Shown piece after piece: positions 23,561 to 37,630 of a DNA stretch of 64,000 nucleotides. The stretch spans positions 131,192,001 through 131,256,000 of the forward strand of contig NC_043001.1 in the NCBI RefSeq assembly GCF_006345805.1, in the 5' to 3' direction. Position 1 is the first letter of the stretch; each line of letters starts with the position of its first letter. The translations under genes were made by a program, and so were the position numbers. A model generated the notes under the pieces. That model did not search any database. It was not told the origin of the DNA and was given only the letters and a program-made list of their open reading frames with translations. This DNA comes from Octopus sinensis (taxonomy: Eukaryota).

Positions 23561-25744
23561 ACACACTTGTGGGTCAGATGCTGGAGTGTGTCTGTGAGAG
23601 ACTCTATTCCAATCTGTCAGGTAGCCATTTTCTAGAACCAAGAATGTTTGAGTGTGCAAAAGCAGCACTGTTCAACATATGATAGTAATATTCCAATGTA
23701 GGGAAACTGGTATATTTTTGAATACACTCACCTGTGTTTTACCAAGTATTTTGTTTTAAATTTTCAGTCTTGAAGAAATTAGCTTCCACCTCATAGTATT
23801 ACACAGGTGAATAATTTTCTCTCTAGAGATTGCAACAAAGATTTGTTTTTTAAATCTATGCAAAGAACTACTTCAGTTTTCTTGTAATGAAACTGAAATA
23901 GTGCATCATGCACATAATTCAAGAACATGCCTACAGTTGTAATATAATTTCTTTTTTTTCTTCTTATTTTAAATGACAAAACAGAGGATAACAATTAGAC
24001 ACAGGTTGTGCCCTATTTCTTTTGAATTTATGTAAGAGTAAAGATTTTGATATATCAAATATAACTCTAAATATTCTAATTTGAAATAACTAAATTGTTC
24101 AGGAGAACTATAGTAAAAATATATCTCTGTCTGCCATTTATAACAAGTTAGCAGGAAGTCCCAATAGCACACTGAGTAAATATCTATATTAAACAATTTT
24201 CTCATATAAAGTTGTCATGCTTATAGTAAAAATTAATTGAAAACTATAGGTAAGAGCAATTTCTTTTCAAATAATAACAAAGATTATTAATTCATAGATG
24301 AACACATATATTTTTAAGTAGAAAAAATGATCAGGTTTGTATGAATAGTAAGTTCTTAAAAATCCTGTATTCTGAGAAAATATCAAAAACAACATAGCAG
24401 AAAACAAATTATTCATCTAACCAGGGAGTCTATTAATCAAGTTAACAAAAATCAGTGAATTCTATGTAACAGTCTTTTTTGTTGTTGTTGTTTTTATTTT
24501 CATCTATTATTGTATCTATTTCTTTAAATTTCTTTTACCTGAAAAAGAAACATTCTTTTATTATTCTTTTATTAAAAGGTTCTTTTTGGAATTTTGAGAT
24601 TCTTTTCTTTTTTTTTTCTTTTCTCTTTAAATTGATTTATAAGAAATGTAATAAAAATGTTTCCTTAAGCAAAAGAAGTTATCTATATAGATATAGAGAT
24701 TTTTAAGAACACTAAAGACACTTTACATTCTTAATGATTAAAGAATCAGCCTCCAGTGATGCAGAAAGTTTAATCAAATTTATCCATTGAATGTTTAATT
24801 TAGTTCATATGCTCAAAGCTAACATACAACACAAAATAGAAATGTTTGTTTTTTGTTTGTTTGTTTGTTTGGGTTTTTTATTTATTTATTTTATTTTTTT
24901 ATTTTACATCTATATTAGAATTGTAGAGTGTAAACCTAAGGCTGTCTACCTACCGTGAAGCAGATAAGGTACTAGTTTGGTCAATTTGACACATTAATAA
25001 TTATGCAACTGACCGTGAAGATTTTCATGTTTTGTGTTATTTTCTTCAAGAAATTTATTTTAAGAGAGAAAATCTCGTATTTTGTAGACAAACTCAAATA
25101 TTAAATAGTATTTCAAATATTTTATCTGATATATAAAATATATCAAATACTACTTAATATATCAAATATTAAGTAGTATTTCATATATTTTCTTTAAAAA
25201 AGTTTCATAAATTATACAGTTGGATTAGATATACTAAGTCAAAATATATGAAGAGATTTCAGTATTACTCATTCTTCTAAGGCAACAAGCAGGCAGAATC
25301 ATTACCATACCAGGTAAAATGCTTAGTGGCATTTTGTCAATCTTTATGTCCTGAGTTCAAATTATGTCAAGGTTTGATGTAATTGACCTACTCCTTCTTC
25401 AAAATTTACTGGCCTCGTGCCATAATTTGAAAACAATACTAGTTACTCTTCATTGCTTTCATAGAAAACAATTAGTTAAATTGAAAGTTAGCAATGGTCA
25501 TGGGAATAACTTTAGGTGAGAAGAGTTATGACTTTCTATCTTACAAATGGCATAAAGGAATAGTAAGAAAAACAAAGAGAGAACTTTTTAGTGAAATCTC
25601 AAACTAATCAAAAATTGATGTAAGTTCGCTATATAAATAAACAACCCTATGGACATTAATATTTTTGGTATTTAACAAGTTAATTTATTTTAAGTAACAT
25701 AGACTTCTTCTGTCTAGCCAAAAATACTAATTTTCAAAGGAATC

Positions 25745-26118
25745 GTCATCATAATCATTTAATGTCCATTGTCCATGGATAGGAGTTTGACCAGGGATGT
25801 AAGCTGGAAGGCTGCACCAGACTCCAGTCTGATTTGGCATGGTTTTCTATGGCTGGATGCCCTTCCTAACTCCCACCACTCCGAGAGTGTAATGAGTGCT
25901 TTTACATGTCACTAGCACAGGTGCCATTTACCTGACACCAGTATCTGCCACAGCTGTGATTTTGCTTGGCTTAATGGGTCCTCTTTCTCAGGGACGACAT
26001 AATGCCAAAGGTCTCAGTCATTGCCTCCATGAAGCCCAACAGACAAAAGAAACTCAGCCATTTTGCCTCTGTGAGGCCCAATGCTTGAAAGGAACTCAGC
26101 CACTTTGCCTCCACGAGG
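25745..26118 (-). mobile_element. Non-autonomous retroelement family D (RTE-like tail) with 3 x ~41-bp internal repeats
   Basis: Shares GGCTGCACCAG...GGCTGGATGCCCTTCCTAA..CCACTCCGAGAGTGTA with 57352-57862. The unit CTCAG(T/C)CA(T/C)T(TT)GCCTC...GGCCCAA occurs three times at about 26014-26113. Confidence 0.65.
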
Positions 26119-29100
26119 CCCAACTAATATATTTACTGAACTCCAAAGAAATAAAAGATAAACTCTATTCTGGCAAGATTTGAACTCAATGTACAGGACG
26201 CAACTAAATCCATACAGCATTAAGCTACCAACTTATTGCCCAATTCAATGTTACTGAAAGTCTCTAGCCCTTAATTACTGCTTTAATTTATTTCATAAAG
26301 ATACGTCACCTTTTGATAATCCTATTGCACTCCAACCAAAACAAAAGCTTCAAACGCTAACATCTCTTGTAGCTTATTACTCATATAAAAATATAGATAA
26401 TACAGATATGGCTCATGATGTTTTCTCAATATCTATGTATATATTTCTAACACTACACATTTCTAACCCTTCAAATAAATAAAAGAAAAATTATTTTTTC
26501 TTCAGGTTTAAGACATATTTTTCATGAATGATCAAATAAAACTAAAATCAAAAACATAAAGGCTGCTCTCCATAAACCTGAGATGCTACCAGGTACAAGT
26601 CACTTTTATATTAAATGATCACACATTACCCTAGAATGATTATAGCGCTAAAGTGAATAATGTTGATGTAGTTGATATTCAAATACTATTGTTTTGTCAT
26701 CACTGGAAAGGTTTTATGTAGAAAAACAAACCCACTAAAACTCACTATATTTCGAGTGATGCACTATTCAACTGAGAACTAACTTCAAGAATTGGCGTGC
26801 AGAGTAAAAATATCCACCACCAGACCATAAAATTCACAGAGAAATACTGTAATAGGTGTTTGTAATCTTGTATGTAGCATTTTGCCTATGTTTCTCTCTC
26901 AGAGACTGGCATAATCAGGTTTCCTTCTAAATAAGTAAAACAGAAAATCAATGAATATGCATAATATTTGACTGAAAGCAGCTATTTTAGTAACATTGAT
27001 GATTGAGATTGAATGGAAGGAAATATTGCCTACAGCCAAGACATTTATCTGGCTGTGCTTTTGATTACTATCAAAGTAAAATGCTCATATTATTTATGAT
27101 CAAGGCCATCAAAAAATACATAACATGGCAGATTGTTCATTTGAATTTTTCTATGTAGCATCCAAAGGACTGATTACTCTCTACTTATATGAAGTTTGGC
27201 TTATATTTTCCTACATCAGAAGGTTTCTTCTTTAAAATTTTTTTATACAGTTTTACCACAACTATTCTCAACTGGTAACCCAGACTGATTTTGGAACAAG
27301 GTTGAGTAACACATAACACCCATAGTATTTCTGGATTAACCAAACAATAAAATCCTAAAGAAAATTCTATTTTGAAACTCTCTCTCTCTCCCATGCACAC
27401 ACACACGCACATATTTTGCAAACATCAAAAACAATTTGTGTACGCAGAGACAAGCTAGACAAGGTCTTGGGTGTTCAACTTGTATGTATTTTGATAATAC
27501 ATAAAGCATCTAGTGGCAACTTTGTGCCATCATTTTAGTTGTTCACTTAATAATATATAACAGAGTTATGTCTATATGACTCATTATTAAGATATTAAAT
27601 CTTAACTGGCAATTTATATTATATATACATTAAAACATTGATATATATATATCGTACCAATGGACAAAGCATTTATTCATCATTAAGTGAATCAAAATTT
27701 TCTCCTTAAAGAATTACATACATGAACCTTAAAAGATCATCTCTAATTACCAAACTTAAACTGATTAATCCTACCTAAAATTATTATCAAATTAATCATA
27801 TAACAACTCAAGTATTCTTTAATTATAATTATGGTTAGATATTTGCTTAAGTACTCATACACAGCAAAATAAATCATAATGACATTAATAATAGCTTCTT
27901 TTTTTTTTATGTTCCACTTTTAGCACCACTAGTCAGTGTCTTTATTTCTACCATGTCTACTGCTGTCACACCTTATCATGGTGAAGTATCTGTCATCAAT
28001 TACTAGAAATATGATTTGGAATCCTGATTATTTTCTTATGGTAATGAAAATTTTCTAGTTCCAGTTTTAGGTTTTGAATTTCAGTAGCCTACCACTTACT
28101 ACAGAATAAAATACTAGTTATTTATAACAGGAAACTGAGGTTTTTAGATTTTAAAATGAACAGTAATTATCAATAAAATAAATTATTTCAGTTAGATGCA
28201 ACAAAAATAACATTATCTATTTAAAAACAGGTCTTTCTTGCATTACATCAACAATTATATTCTGCTGTAGATATCCTAGAGAATCACAGAATAAATGTGT
28301 GTTTGTGTATGTATGTATGTATGTATATATATATATTTGTAGAGAGACAGTCTCATAATTAAATTGCATTTATTATGTGTTAGATTAAAGGCCTTTTAAG
28401 TAAAGGAAACAAATGGAAGGAAAATACAAATAAATTTGAATACAAGAGAGGCAAATTCAATAAATGCAATAATACAGTTCTTTAATGATTATTGCTTAAA
28501 ATAACACATTAAGAAATTAGATCAGAGATATTTATTTTTATTCCCTTCTCTATTTTATCAGAATTTATCCATATCTGATTCTAGACAGCTACAACTGATA
28601 AGTATGATACGCTTTATCTGAGTCTTATAACATTAAAATAAATTAGTTACAAGTATGGATCCTGCACAAAAAATTATAAAGAAAAATTAGAAAGCTCATT
28701 GAGTTATGGTAAAATGTGAGTATGAGCACAAATTGAATAATCAGTTGATAGTTTTAATCTTTCATTCTAAATATCACTTAAAGGAATTTTATTTACCAAA
28801 TAATATAAAAATATGATTTAATATTCAGTAAATTCTTCCATTCTCGAAACAATGTATTTGTTAAGATACATTTTTGGAAATGAATAAGCAAAAACCAAAA
28901 CCTGGTTAAAAATTTCTTAAAAATGTGATTTGTTCATTGTAAATGGTAACTATGTACCATGATTAATAAGTAAGCCTTTCTGTAAATTATTAGATTAAAG
29001 AAGCTGATAAAAACAAGTCGTGGCTTTCAAATGGAGAAAATACAAATAAGAGCAAAGCAGATGGAAACTAGGAATTTAATGTATAGCAGCTGTCTCAGAA

Positions 29101-29469
29101 TAGACAAATATTGAACATAAAATGTGCTAAAAATTATGCTTAAGAAATAAAAGATGAATAGAGCAAGAAATGCTTACTACAGAAGATGAAAAATCAGTTC
29201 TTTGTGCAAGGTGATATCAACTGAGACCAAATTATTTTACTACATACTTCACAGTTATTTTAATTCAAGAAAATATATTTATAGTATAAACTGTTTTTCT
29301 TTGTTTTATTTTTTAGTTATCGAATATAACAGCTGTTGTGCCTTTAGAGATTTATATGTAGATAAAAGCATTTTTGTTGTAAAACATGTATTCTATTAAT
29401 TGAAAGATATCAAAAGGTAACAAAATGTGCAAAATGTTATTACTAATGCCAAAATATTCTACAGTTTTG

Positions 29470-29800
29470 CAAACAGGTAAGAAGCTTGCTCCCTAACTAC
29501 ATGGTTCCAGGTTCAGTACGACTGCGTGGCACCTTGGGCATGTGTCTTCTACTATAACCCCGGGCTGACAAATCCTTGTGAGTGGATTTGGTAGACGGAA
29601 ACTCAAAGAAGCCCATCATATACATGTATGTATTTGTGTCTGTATTTCCCCCCTCCCACCCTGTAACTTAGCGGTTCAGCAAAAGAAGACCAATAGAATA
29701 AGTACTAGGCTTACAAAGAATAAGTCCTGGGTTCAATTTGTTTGACTAAAGGCAGTGTTCCAGCATGGGCACAGTCAACTAAAACAAGTAAAAGAATAAA
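29470..29800 (+). mobile_element. SINE family A
   Basis: Colinear with 6354-6750. Confidence 0.8.
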
Positions 29801-31794
29801 AAGAATATATATATTGTAGATTTAATATATATATTGTAGATTTATTGCAGAATAAAAGAATATACACATCGTAGATTTAAAGATGATTGTGTTGCAGTAC
29901 ACCCCTTAAGCAAAATAGTTTTATTATCCTAGAGCAGAATATCTATGGTTTAATATCCACATCAGAAACGTTCCAATATTTATTTGATTTGCTTTCTTCG
30001 TGCTGTTTTCATCTGCTCAAGATTGTATTGAGTTTCACTATCTCCTAAAATTCATTAAGGTGTTCCTCAGATGGATAGTAATAATTATAATACAGAAATA
30101 TTGTGGCTAAAATTTCAAATCTATTCATGTCAAACTTAGTCTTTTGCACTTCTTGGGAAAAAGAAACACCTGAAATTTATAAAAGAAATAAAAGTTACAA
30201 GCATTTTCAACCCCAACTCTAAACTATTAATCATCAACATCCTTCTTAAATGATATTATTCTAGTTCAAATTATGAATCTAAACTGAAGTTTCCTTGAAT
30301 TTAGATCTATAAAATTATTTTAATGTTATAAATTAAAATTCTTAATATTGAAATTACTATAGAAAAGTTCGATTTATTAAATTTCATGTTGGTAAAATTA
30401 GTTACCATTTTTCTAAACTTATTTACAAACACTTCCTCATTAAGTATCAAATGTTCTTTAGTCTAAATCAATGTTTGATATTCATTGGAGCAAAATGTCT
30501 CAATCCTTAAACAAAGAAATTGAACAGCTGTTTAAAAACCAATTCTTTCTTCCTAACCAACAATCACTACATCTTTATAAATGCTGTGACTCAACAAATG
30601 TAATGGAATAAGCACATTTTCAATATGAAAGTAACTTAACTGTAATTACAAAACAAAGAAAAAAAAGCAGGAGAGGGAGGAAAATTAAATGGAATTACCA
30701 TCCAATTTTATAGTATTGAAGAAAGGTTGATCAATATAAAATAATAAATTCTCTCTGAAATTTCATTTTCAAATTGATTATCAATATAGATTTTAGAGAA
30801 ATAGGGAATGACTATCAAGCAAAGCCAGCTAACTCTTGTCAATATGGAAAAACAGACACCAATATGTCAAGTTCAGACAAAGATATAAGACATGCCATCA
30901 CAATTTATTTACAGTCTTATTTGAAATAGTTTTATGGGAAATGACATCTGGATTGAGGTGTTTAATTTTATTTATTCATTTAATACAATACAGACATTTG
31001 TTATCAGTTCAGTAGCCAAAGAAAAGTGTTGACTTTTAGCTAACAATTTATGTTCTTAAAAAAGAAAAAAAGGCACAGAAACTCCATGAAACAAAGATAA
31101 TTATCAGAGAAATTACCTAAGACAGTAGATCTGATTGAACATGCTTCCTATAATCTTGAAAATGAAATTTCATATTATGAATTTTACCCAGAAAAGATTT
31201 TGATTTAACAAAACAATTAAAGCGGGGAAAGGGTTTCAACAGTGTATTTTCCTCACCAACCTCTTGTTCTCTAATAATAATTTCTCAATCATTATGTGTA
31301 GCAAAATTTGCCTTTTTTCATTACATCATTTATTGATTAGTTTCTCAAAATTAAAAGAATTCAGTTAGATGAGTGGATAAGGTACTGTATTTTTGACAAA
31401 TTTGTTGATCACTGCTTAAAGAAGTGACGGATCACTGCAAGTGAGATGATGAATGTGAGAAAGAAGGAGAGGTTTTCAAGAAATTTTCAAAACAAATTAA
31501 GACACTAAATTTCAGGAGTTTGTACAAATAAGCATGTTACAGAGAGAACATATCATTTAGGACACATATGTTATCCAACAGAAAGTAGCACTGATTAGTA
31601 ATGATTTTTATCAGGATATAAAAGAAATTAAGTTTTTCGTTTTGTTATAGTGATTCTATGTTCTTATTGATACATCATAAACTGTAATGCCTAAATATAA
31701 TTAGTTCATCAAAGGCAGTCAATGTCCCTTCACCTTTGAACTGCAATATAGCATTTTTCAATATATCATAACATAGTTCACAGTACTGAGTTAC

Positions 31795-32313
31795 CAGTGT
31801 TTCTCAACTTCTTTACCTTTAAAATAAATTACCTGTCTCAAGGAACCCATGAACAAAAAATTATATACTTTCTCATATTTTTTTCATCGTAGTTCACATG
31901 GTAAATATCCCCCCCCACACACACACATACATGTACAATGTATGGGGATTTAGTTCACAGGTTATCTAAACGATAAGGTACGCTAGGTAAGTGCTTTAAT
32001 GGATTACTTTTTTCTTTTTTTCTTTCCATCTCCTTTTTCTTTTACTCCCTTCCTCTATGTCGTCATCTCATTAATATATACCATTCTCCTTTTCCCGATT
32101 TGTCTCCAATGATGGAATATCCCATACTTGGGGATATGGCAGAAACAGCTGTAAGACTTTGGAATTCCTTCCTATAATAATATTCTGTATGACCTGAGAT
32201 GTTTGCCAACCTGTTTAACACTTTACACACACACAGACACACACACACACACACATATATATATGTGTGTACATGTATGTGTGTGTGTATATATGTATGT
32301 ATATATATATATA

Positions 32314-32344
<31 letters not shown>

Positions 32345-33046
32345 GTGTGTGTATGTATATACATATGTATATATATATGAATATATACATGTATATGTGT
32401 ATATATATATATATGTATATATATGTGTGTGTGTGTATACATATATATATGTATATATGTGTATATGTATACATATATATATGTATATATATATGTGTGT
32501 ATATGTATATATGTATATATACATGCGTGTATATATATATATATGTATACATATATATGTATGTGTATATATATGTATACATATATATGTATGTATATAT
32601 ATATATGTATACATATATATGTATGTATATATATATATATATGTATACATATATATGTATGTATATATATATATACATATATATGTATATATATGTATAC
32701 ATATATACATGTGTGTGTATGAATATATATATGTATACATATATATGTATGTATATATATATATGTATGTATATATATATATATATATATATGTATACAT
32801 ATATATGTATATATATGTATACATATATACATGTGTGTGTATGTATATATATATAATTATATCTTTTTGATAACATAATAGATTAGATAGGATGATGTCT
32901 ATATTACAATAGCCAATATGTTGTGCATGTATAGTAACATTGCAATCACAAAATTAGCATTAGCTTATTTCGTTCCTTCTCGTAGAACTCCTAGGGAACT
33001 TTTGTGGAACCCTAGGGTTCTGGCGAACCCCAGTTGAGAAATGTTG
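31795..33046. mobile_element. Non-autonomous hAT (Charlie/Buster-like) element containing a ~640-bp microsatellite
   Basis: CAGTGTTTCTCAAC at 31795 and GTTGAGAAATGTTG at 33033-33046 (3 mismatches). Subterminal GGAACCC motifs at both ends. The 8-bp flanks do not match. Confidence 0.5.
32225..32863. repeat. ~640-bp compound (CA)/(TA)/(TG) microsatellite
   Basis: Directly visible. It explains the six overlapping 99-253 aa Y/I/M/C/V ORFs. Confidence 0.97.
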
Positions 33047-33054
33047 CTGTAGAT

Positions 33055-33415
33055 GAAGGCTATGTGATTAAGAAGTTTACTTTGCAGCCATGTGGTTTCA
33101 GGTTCAGTTTCTTTAGTGCAGCATCTTGAGCAAGTTTCTTCTACTTTAGATTCAGGCCAACCAATTCCTTATGAAAGAATTTGGTAGACAGAAACTATGA
33201 AGAGGCCTATGGGATATGTATATATGTGTATGTGTGTCTGCCACTGCTTAACAGCCTGTACTGGGCTTATGTGCCACTAACTTATTGGTTCACCAAATTA
33301 AACTAATAGAAAATAGAATAAGCATTAGACTTATAAGTACTAGGTTGATACATTTTTTTTGCTAAAAAGGTGGTGCTCCAGCATGGCTACAATCCAAATA
33401 GTAAACAGGTAGAAG
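33055..33415 (+). mobile_element. SINE family A, old degenerate copy
   Basis: Head, CORE-like block and GGTGCTCCAGCATGG tail are recognisable. Confidence 0.7.
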
Positions 33416-33479
33416 AGCAACATTCATTAATGATATCTAAGTCCAAATAACAGATTAATTAATCCAACACTATAATTTT

Positions 33480-33583
33480 ATACTGAAATATTTATCTGAA
33501 AGCTAGGAGATAACGCATGATTAATTCAAAACTATTTGAATGAATAAGCATTACAAATGATGAGTAATCTGAATGTTAAAGGG
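33480..33583 (-). mobile_element. Partial MITE M1 (one end only)
   Basis: gcatgattaattcaaa...ctgaatgttAAAGGG|TTAA matches the right part of the 8270-8488 copy. Confidence 0.6.
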
Positions 33584-35055
33584 TTAAGAATGAAAATAGA
33601 ACATTTACTGATTGTAAGGGATTGCCCAATGGCTTAATTTTCCCAGTCTGGAATAAGTCATCAAATGAAACTTAAAGTGCCAGTCATCTCAAATTTTGTA
33701 AGTTGGAGATATCACACATTGTTATGATATACTGTATGTTAAACAAAATCTTGTTTCAAGGTTAAACAATAGCCAAGAGAAACTTCTTTGTGTATCACTC
33801 AATAAAATTTCAGAGGTCATATAAGTATTGATGCTATTTGCTCATTGGATGGGATTTTATTTACTCTAATTTTTTTTCTATGAAGTAGCATATACTTTCT
33901 TCCTATTTATATTGTTCTATGTGCCAATTTAATTAGAACTGCTTTATGAAAAGAGCTTAGAACAAGGACATTTGAATTATTACAAAAATATTAGCTTTAT
34001 TTTAGATCAAGCATATTTTCTTCAATAATTTTATATCTTCCAGTTCTTTAATACTTTTAGTTTAGTAAAATCAATTGATTCCAATATTTTACTGTTTATG
34101 TATCAAAACTATCATTATATTTCCCTTTGTTGCATAGAATAAAGTATTAAAATATGACAATTTCAATCACAGTCTACTATGAAAATGTAAAATTTATATT
34201 GAAAGAATAAAAAGAAAAGAAATAGTTTTGTTTTAAATAGAATATTCTTTCAGAATCCTTTTTTGCTTAATTTACTGATAATAAAATAAAAAGACAAAAA
34301 ATTAATAGAGCTTGTTTGCCTTTTTCATTTTAAATCAAACAGAATAAATCTATTAAATCCAGATTGATAGAGAAGGGTGGGAGAATTATTTAAACAATAG
34401 CCAAATGAAATATAGCTAAAATCACTGATTCAGTAGGTTTTGAAATCATTTTTGAACTAGTTTTATTCAATCATTGCAAACAAGTCAGTCAGCAAAATAA
34501 AATCAAAAAGTGAAACTACTGCCACAGTTGCTCTGGTTTCAAATAATATTATTAAACTAGTTATTTTCCCTAAAAAAAAAAAAATCGCATTATAATACTA
34601 CTTCTACTCAACTTCAATGATGAAATTAAATACATAAATTGATAAATGGTCTGTACACTTTCATATTTGTTCATTGTCAGGAGACCAAATCCTCAAATGA
34701 ACAATCGAAAATGTATCTTAATTTATTTTATAATAAATGACCTTCTATGTTTACATTATTAATTCTCTGCAAACAGTTAATGCAAAACAGTAAATTATGG
34801 AAACTTTACCATAAGTATAGTTATGAAGAATTCCACACATATTTCTATCAATCAAACTATCAAATTGTTCTTTTTTCTTTATATACAGTTTTCAAAGAAA
34901 AGATTACAAAATGTTTTATTTCACATATATCATATGGATATCACTAATCCTTTTGCTCTAATAACCTGCAATATTTCCCTTCATTTAGTTCTAGTAAATG
35001 AAAATATTCTACTTAAGACTAGTCCATTCCCCTAAAACACATTCTAACAAGCAAA

Positions 35056-35130
<75 letters not shown>

Positions 35131-36019
35131 TATGTAGATACATGCATACACACACCATTTGTTTCTTGTAAATTTATCTTTAAAAAATCAAATGTAGAAA
35201 TAAAAGAATATAAACTAAAAAGGAAGCTCCAATTAAAATCTGCTGAATGTTCATACAAAAAGTAGAATTCTAAATTTTAAGATAAATATGAATTCATTAT
35301 AAATGTACAACAATTTATGTAGTATTATTATCAAATAACCTGGTCTTAGTTTCTAATGATGACAACTTAACATTCCTGAAATACTAAAGAATATTTGCAT
35401 ATGATTATAATAGGCCCCTGAAATCCAACATTACTCCCTTTCAAGAAAGGGATGAAAAACTGAGTTAAATTTCCACTAAGCTCATGCTTTTGCAGAGGTA
35501 CAACATTAATCCAAATTTGGGGAATATTTTCTGATCTCTAAACTCCAAAAGAAGTATTGTGTAGCATCAAGTGATTAAGGTATGTTAATAAATGCAGTTT
35601 ATCTCCACTTAGTAAAATGTAACTTCACTAAAATGGGCACACATGCACTTGATAGGACCCAAATAGTTCAGTTGAATTAAATATTGTTGAAGTTGAAATG
35701 TATACTCAAACTTGACACAGATCATTAAATTATAACTGCTACTCTCAACCTCAGATTTTCATATTACACACCAAACTAGCTAGTGATGTTGAAATTTGTG
35801 AATCATACTAATTCAACATTGTCAACATGCATGAACAAAATTATAATCTTGTGACAATAGTTCAAGACATTACATTTCAAATAGCACCTGAAAAGAGGCT
35901 ACCATGCAACAGAATTGCCTGACTATCATCACTGAAAAGCTAAAATTAAAACTATAGACTTTAGAAAAATCCTTGTGATTGAAGGGTAGATGCTCAACAA
36001 CAAGTGTTGACACGATGAG

Positions 36020-36203
36020 AATTTATGTGTTTGTCCCCACAACATCGCATGACAACTGATGCTGGTGCGTTTACATCCCTGTAACTTAGTGGTTTGGCAA
36101 AAGAGACCGATACAATAAGTACTGGGATTGATTTGCTCGATTAAAGGCGGTGCTCCAGCGTGGCCACAGTCAAATGACTGAAACAAATAAAAGTGTAAAA
36201 GAG
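36020..36203 (+). mobile_element. SINE family A, 3' half
   Basis: tgtttgtcccc...gacaactgatgctggtg...ggcggtgctccagcgtggccacagtcaaatgactgaaac. Confidence 0.8.
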
Positions 36204-36209
36204 TAAATG

Positions 36210-36446
36210 CATGATAATGCTAATACAATAGCATGAACAGGATAAACTATCCATTTATTGCAGAAAAATTCATTACCAGCTAACCACGAGACTCAAGCTC
36301 ACATCCCTGCAATTACACGTCAAGTAAAGCACTTGATGTGTAATCACAGGGGTGTGAGTTTGAGTCTCATGGCTGGCTGGTAATGAATTTTTCTGCAAAA
36401 TATGGATAATTTATCCTGTTCTTGATATGGTATTAGCATTATCATG
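36210..36446. repeat. Fold-back (hairpin) element, 116-bp arms with a 5-nt loop
   Basis: 36210-36325 pairs with 36331-36446 without indels, about 14 mismatches by eye. The loop is AAAGC. Confidence 0.9.
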
Positions 36447-36542
36447 TGTTTGAGAATAAATTATTTCTGTATCTTTTAGGCTAAATGTATAAAGAAAACA
36501 ATATACAGTCTCAAGTTTGATCATGTGATCAAAATTGTTTAA

Positions 36543-37630
36543 CCCTTTCGTTACCAAACCGCCCAAAACCGCCCGAAAAAAAATTTTGGTTAATGTGACC
36601 AAACTGCCCAAAACCGCCCGTATTTACCTATTCATATTTAAATGAGAATATCAGAGCAAATCTCTTTAGTACATTCGTGAAAACACGTATTATACTTCGT
36701 AAAGAGTTCAACTGCAGTTTTGTACAAAAATCGAAGTGTAATTTTAATTCCGTGAATTTTGGGAGATTTTTTTCCGAAATTTGTTCCTATTGTGTTTTCA
36801 AAATTTGTAATTCTGACAAAAAATGGATACGAATTTCATTATATCAAGCAGCGAGTCAGAATTCGAAGGATTTTCTACTGAAGACCATCATAACTCTAAC
36901 TCTATGAATGAAAAAAAAAAAGCACGTGGTATTTGATAATGAATCTGATGTTTCATTTTCCGAAAATGAAAACAGTGAATCCGAGAGCTCCAACAGCGAT
37001 AAAGAAAATGAATTGGCACCTGAATGGAGTGAAAATTTAAAAACTGTTTCTTTCGGTGATTTTTCTGAAGAAACTGGACCAAGCCACAGACTTTCCCAGA
37101 AGAGTAAAGCCTTAGACTATTTCTTTTTACTTTTTCGAATGAGCCTATTTGAAATCATTACGGCGGAAACGAACCGTTACGCTAAATGTAAACAAAACGA
37201 AAGAAAGGATACTTAGTGGTTTCCCATAACCTTAAATGAAATCAAGACTATTTTGCCATAAATATTATTATGGGTATCAGAAAGTTACCCAGAATAACAA
37301 ATTCTATAGTAAAATTTTGTTGTATACCCAATTGAATATTAGCTAATAACCCATTTTCTATAGCGATGTTTGAACAAAATTTTAATAATTTTATATTTTG
37401 TTGAATTTACCTGTATCTACCTGCAATTAGAGTCACTTTGTGACAAAAATTATAGTATAGAATTGGTTGAGAACATTTCATTAAATTATCTTCCAAAATT
37501 CACGTTAATATATTGATAAATAAAAAAGTTATAGTTGTTTAATGAAACCAGACTAAATTTATGATTATGTTAGAAATTAATTGAAACACATAAGGGGTGT
37601 ATTTTGGTCAGAAATATAGTAACGAAAGGG
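36543..37630 (+). mobile_element. Internally deleted piggyBac transposon with intact ends
   Basis: TTAA|CCCTTTCGTTAC...GTAACGAAAGGG|TTAA, a perfect 12-bp TIR. Subterminal AAAC(C/T)GCCCAAAACCGCCCG repeats. ORF 36908-37216 has an acidic N-terminus and DYFFLLF...IITAETNRYA, continuing past a stop as WFPITLNEIK...IMGIRKLPRI, typical of a piggyBac (PGBD-like) N-terminus. Confidence 0.92.

Noticed and set aside
23732-23900. Minus-strand exon with a strong CAG|gtgagt donor
   Set aside because: All three frames are closed between any upstream AG and the donor. It could only be a non-coding exon.
32063-32876. Six long overlapping ORFs (99-253 aa)
   Set aside because: They are read-through of a (TA/TG/CA)n microsatellite that lacks stop codons. 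The same applies to ORFs at 3031, 12427-13205, 14279, 22038, 35058, 41604 and 60899.
36908-37216. PGBD-like host gene (102 aa ORF)
   Set aside because: It lies between TIRs, stops prematurely and lacks the catalytic core.
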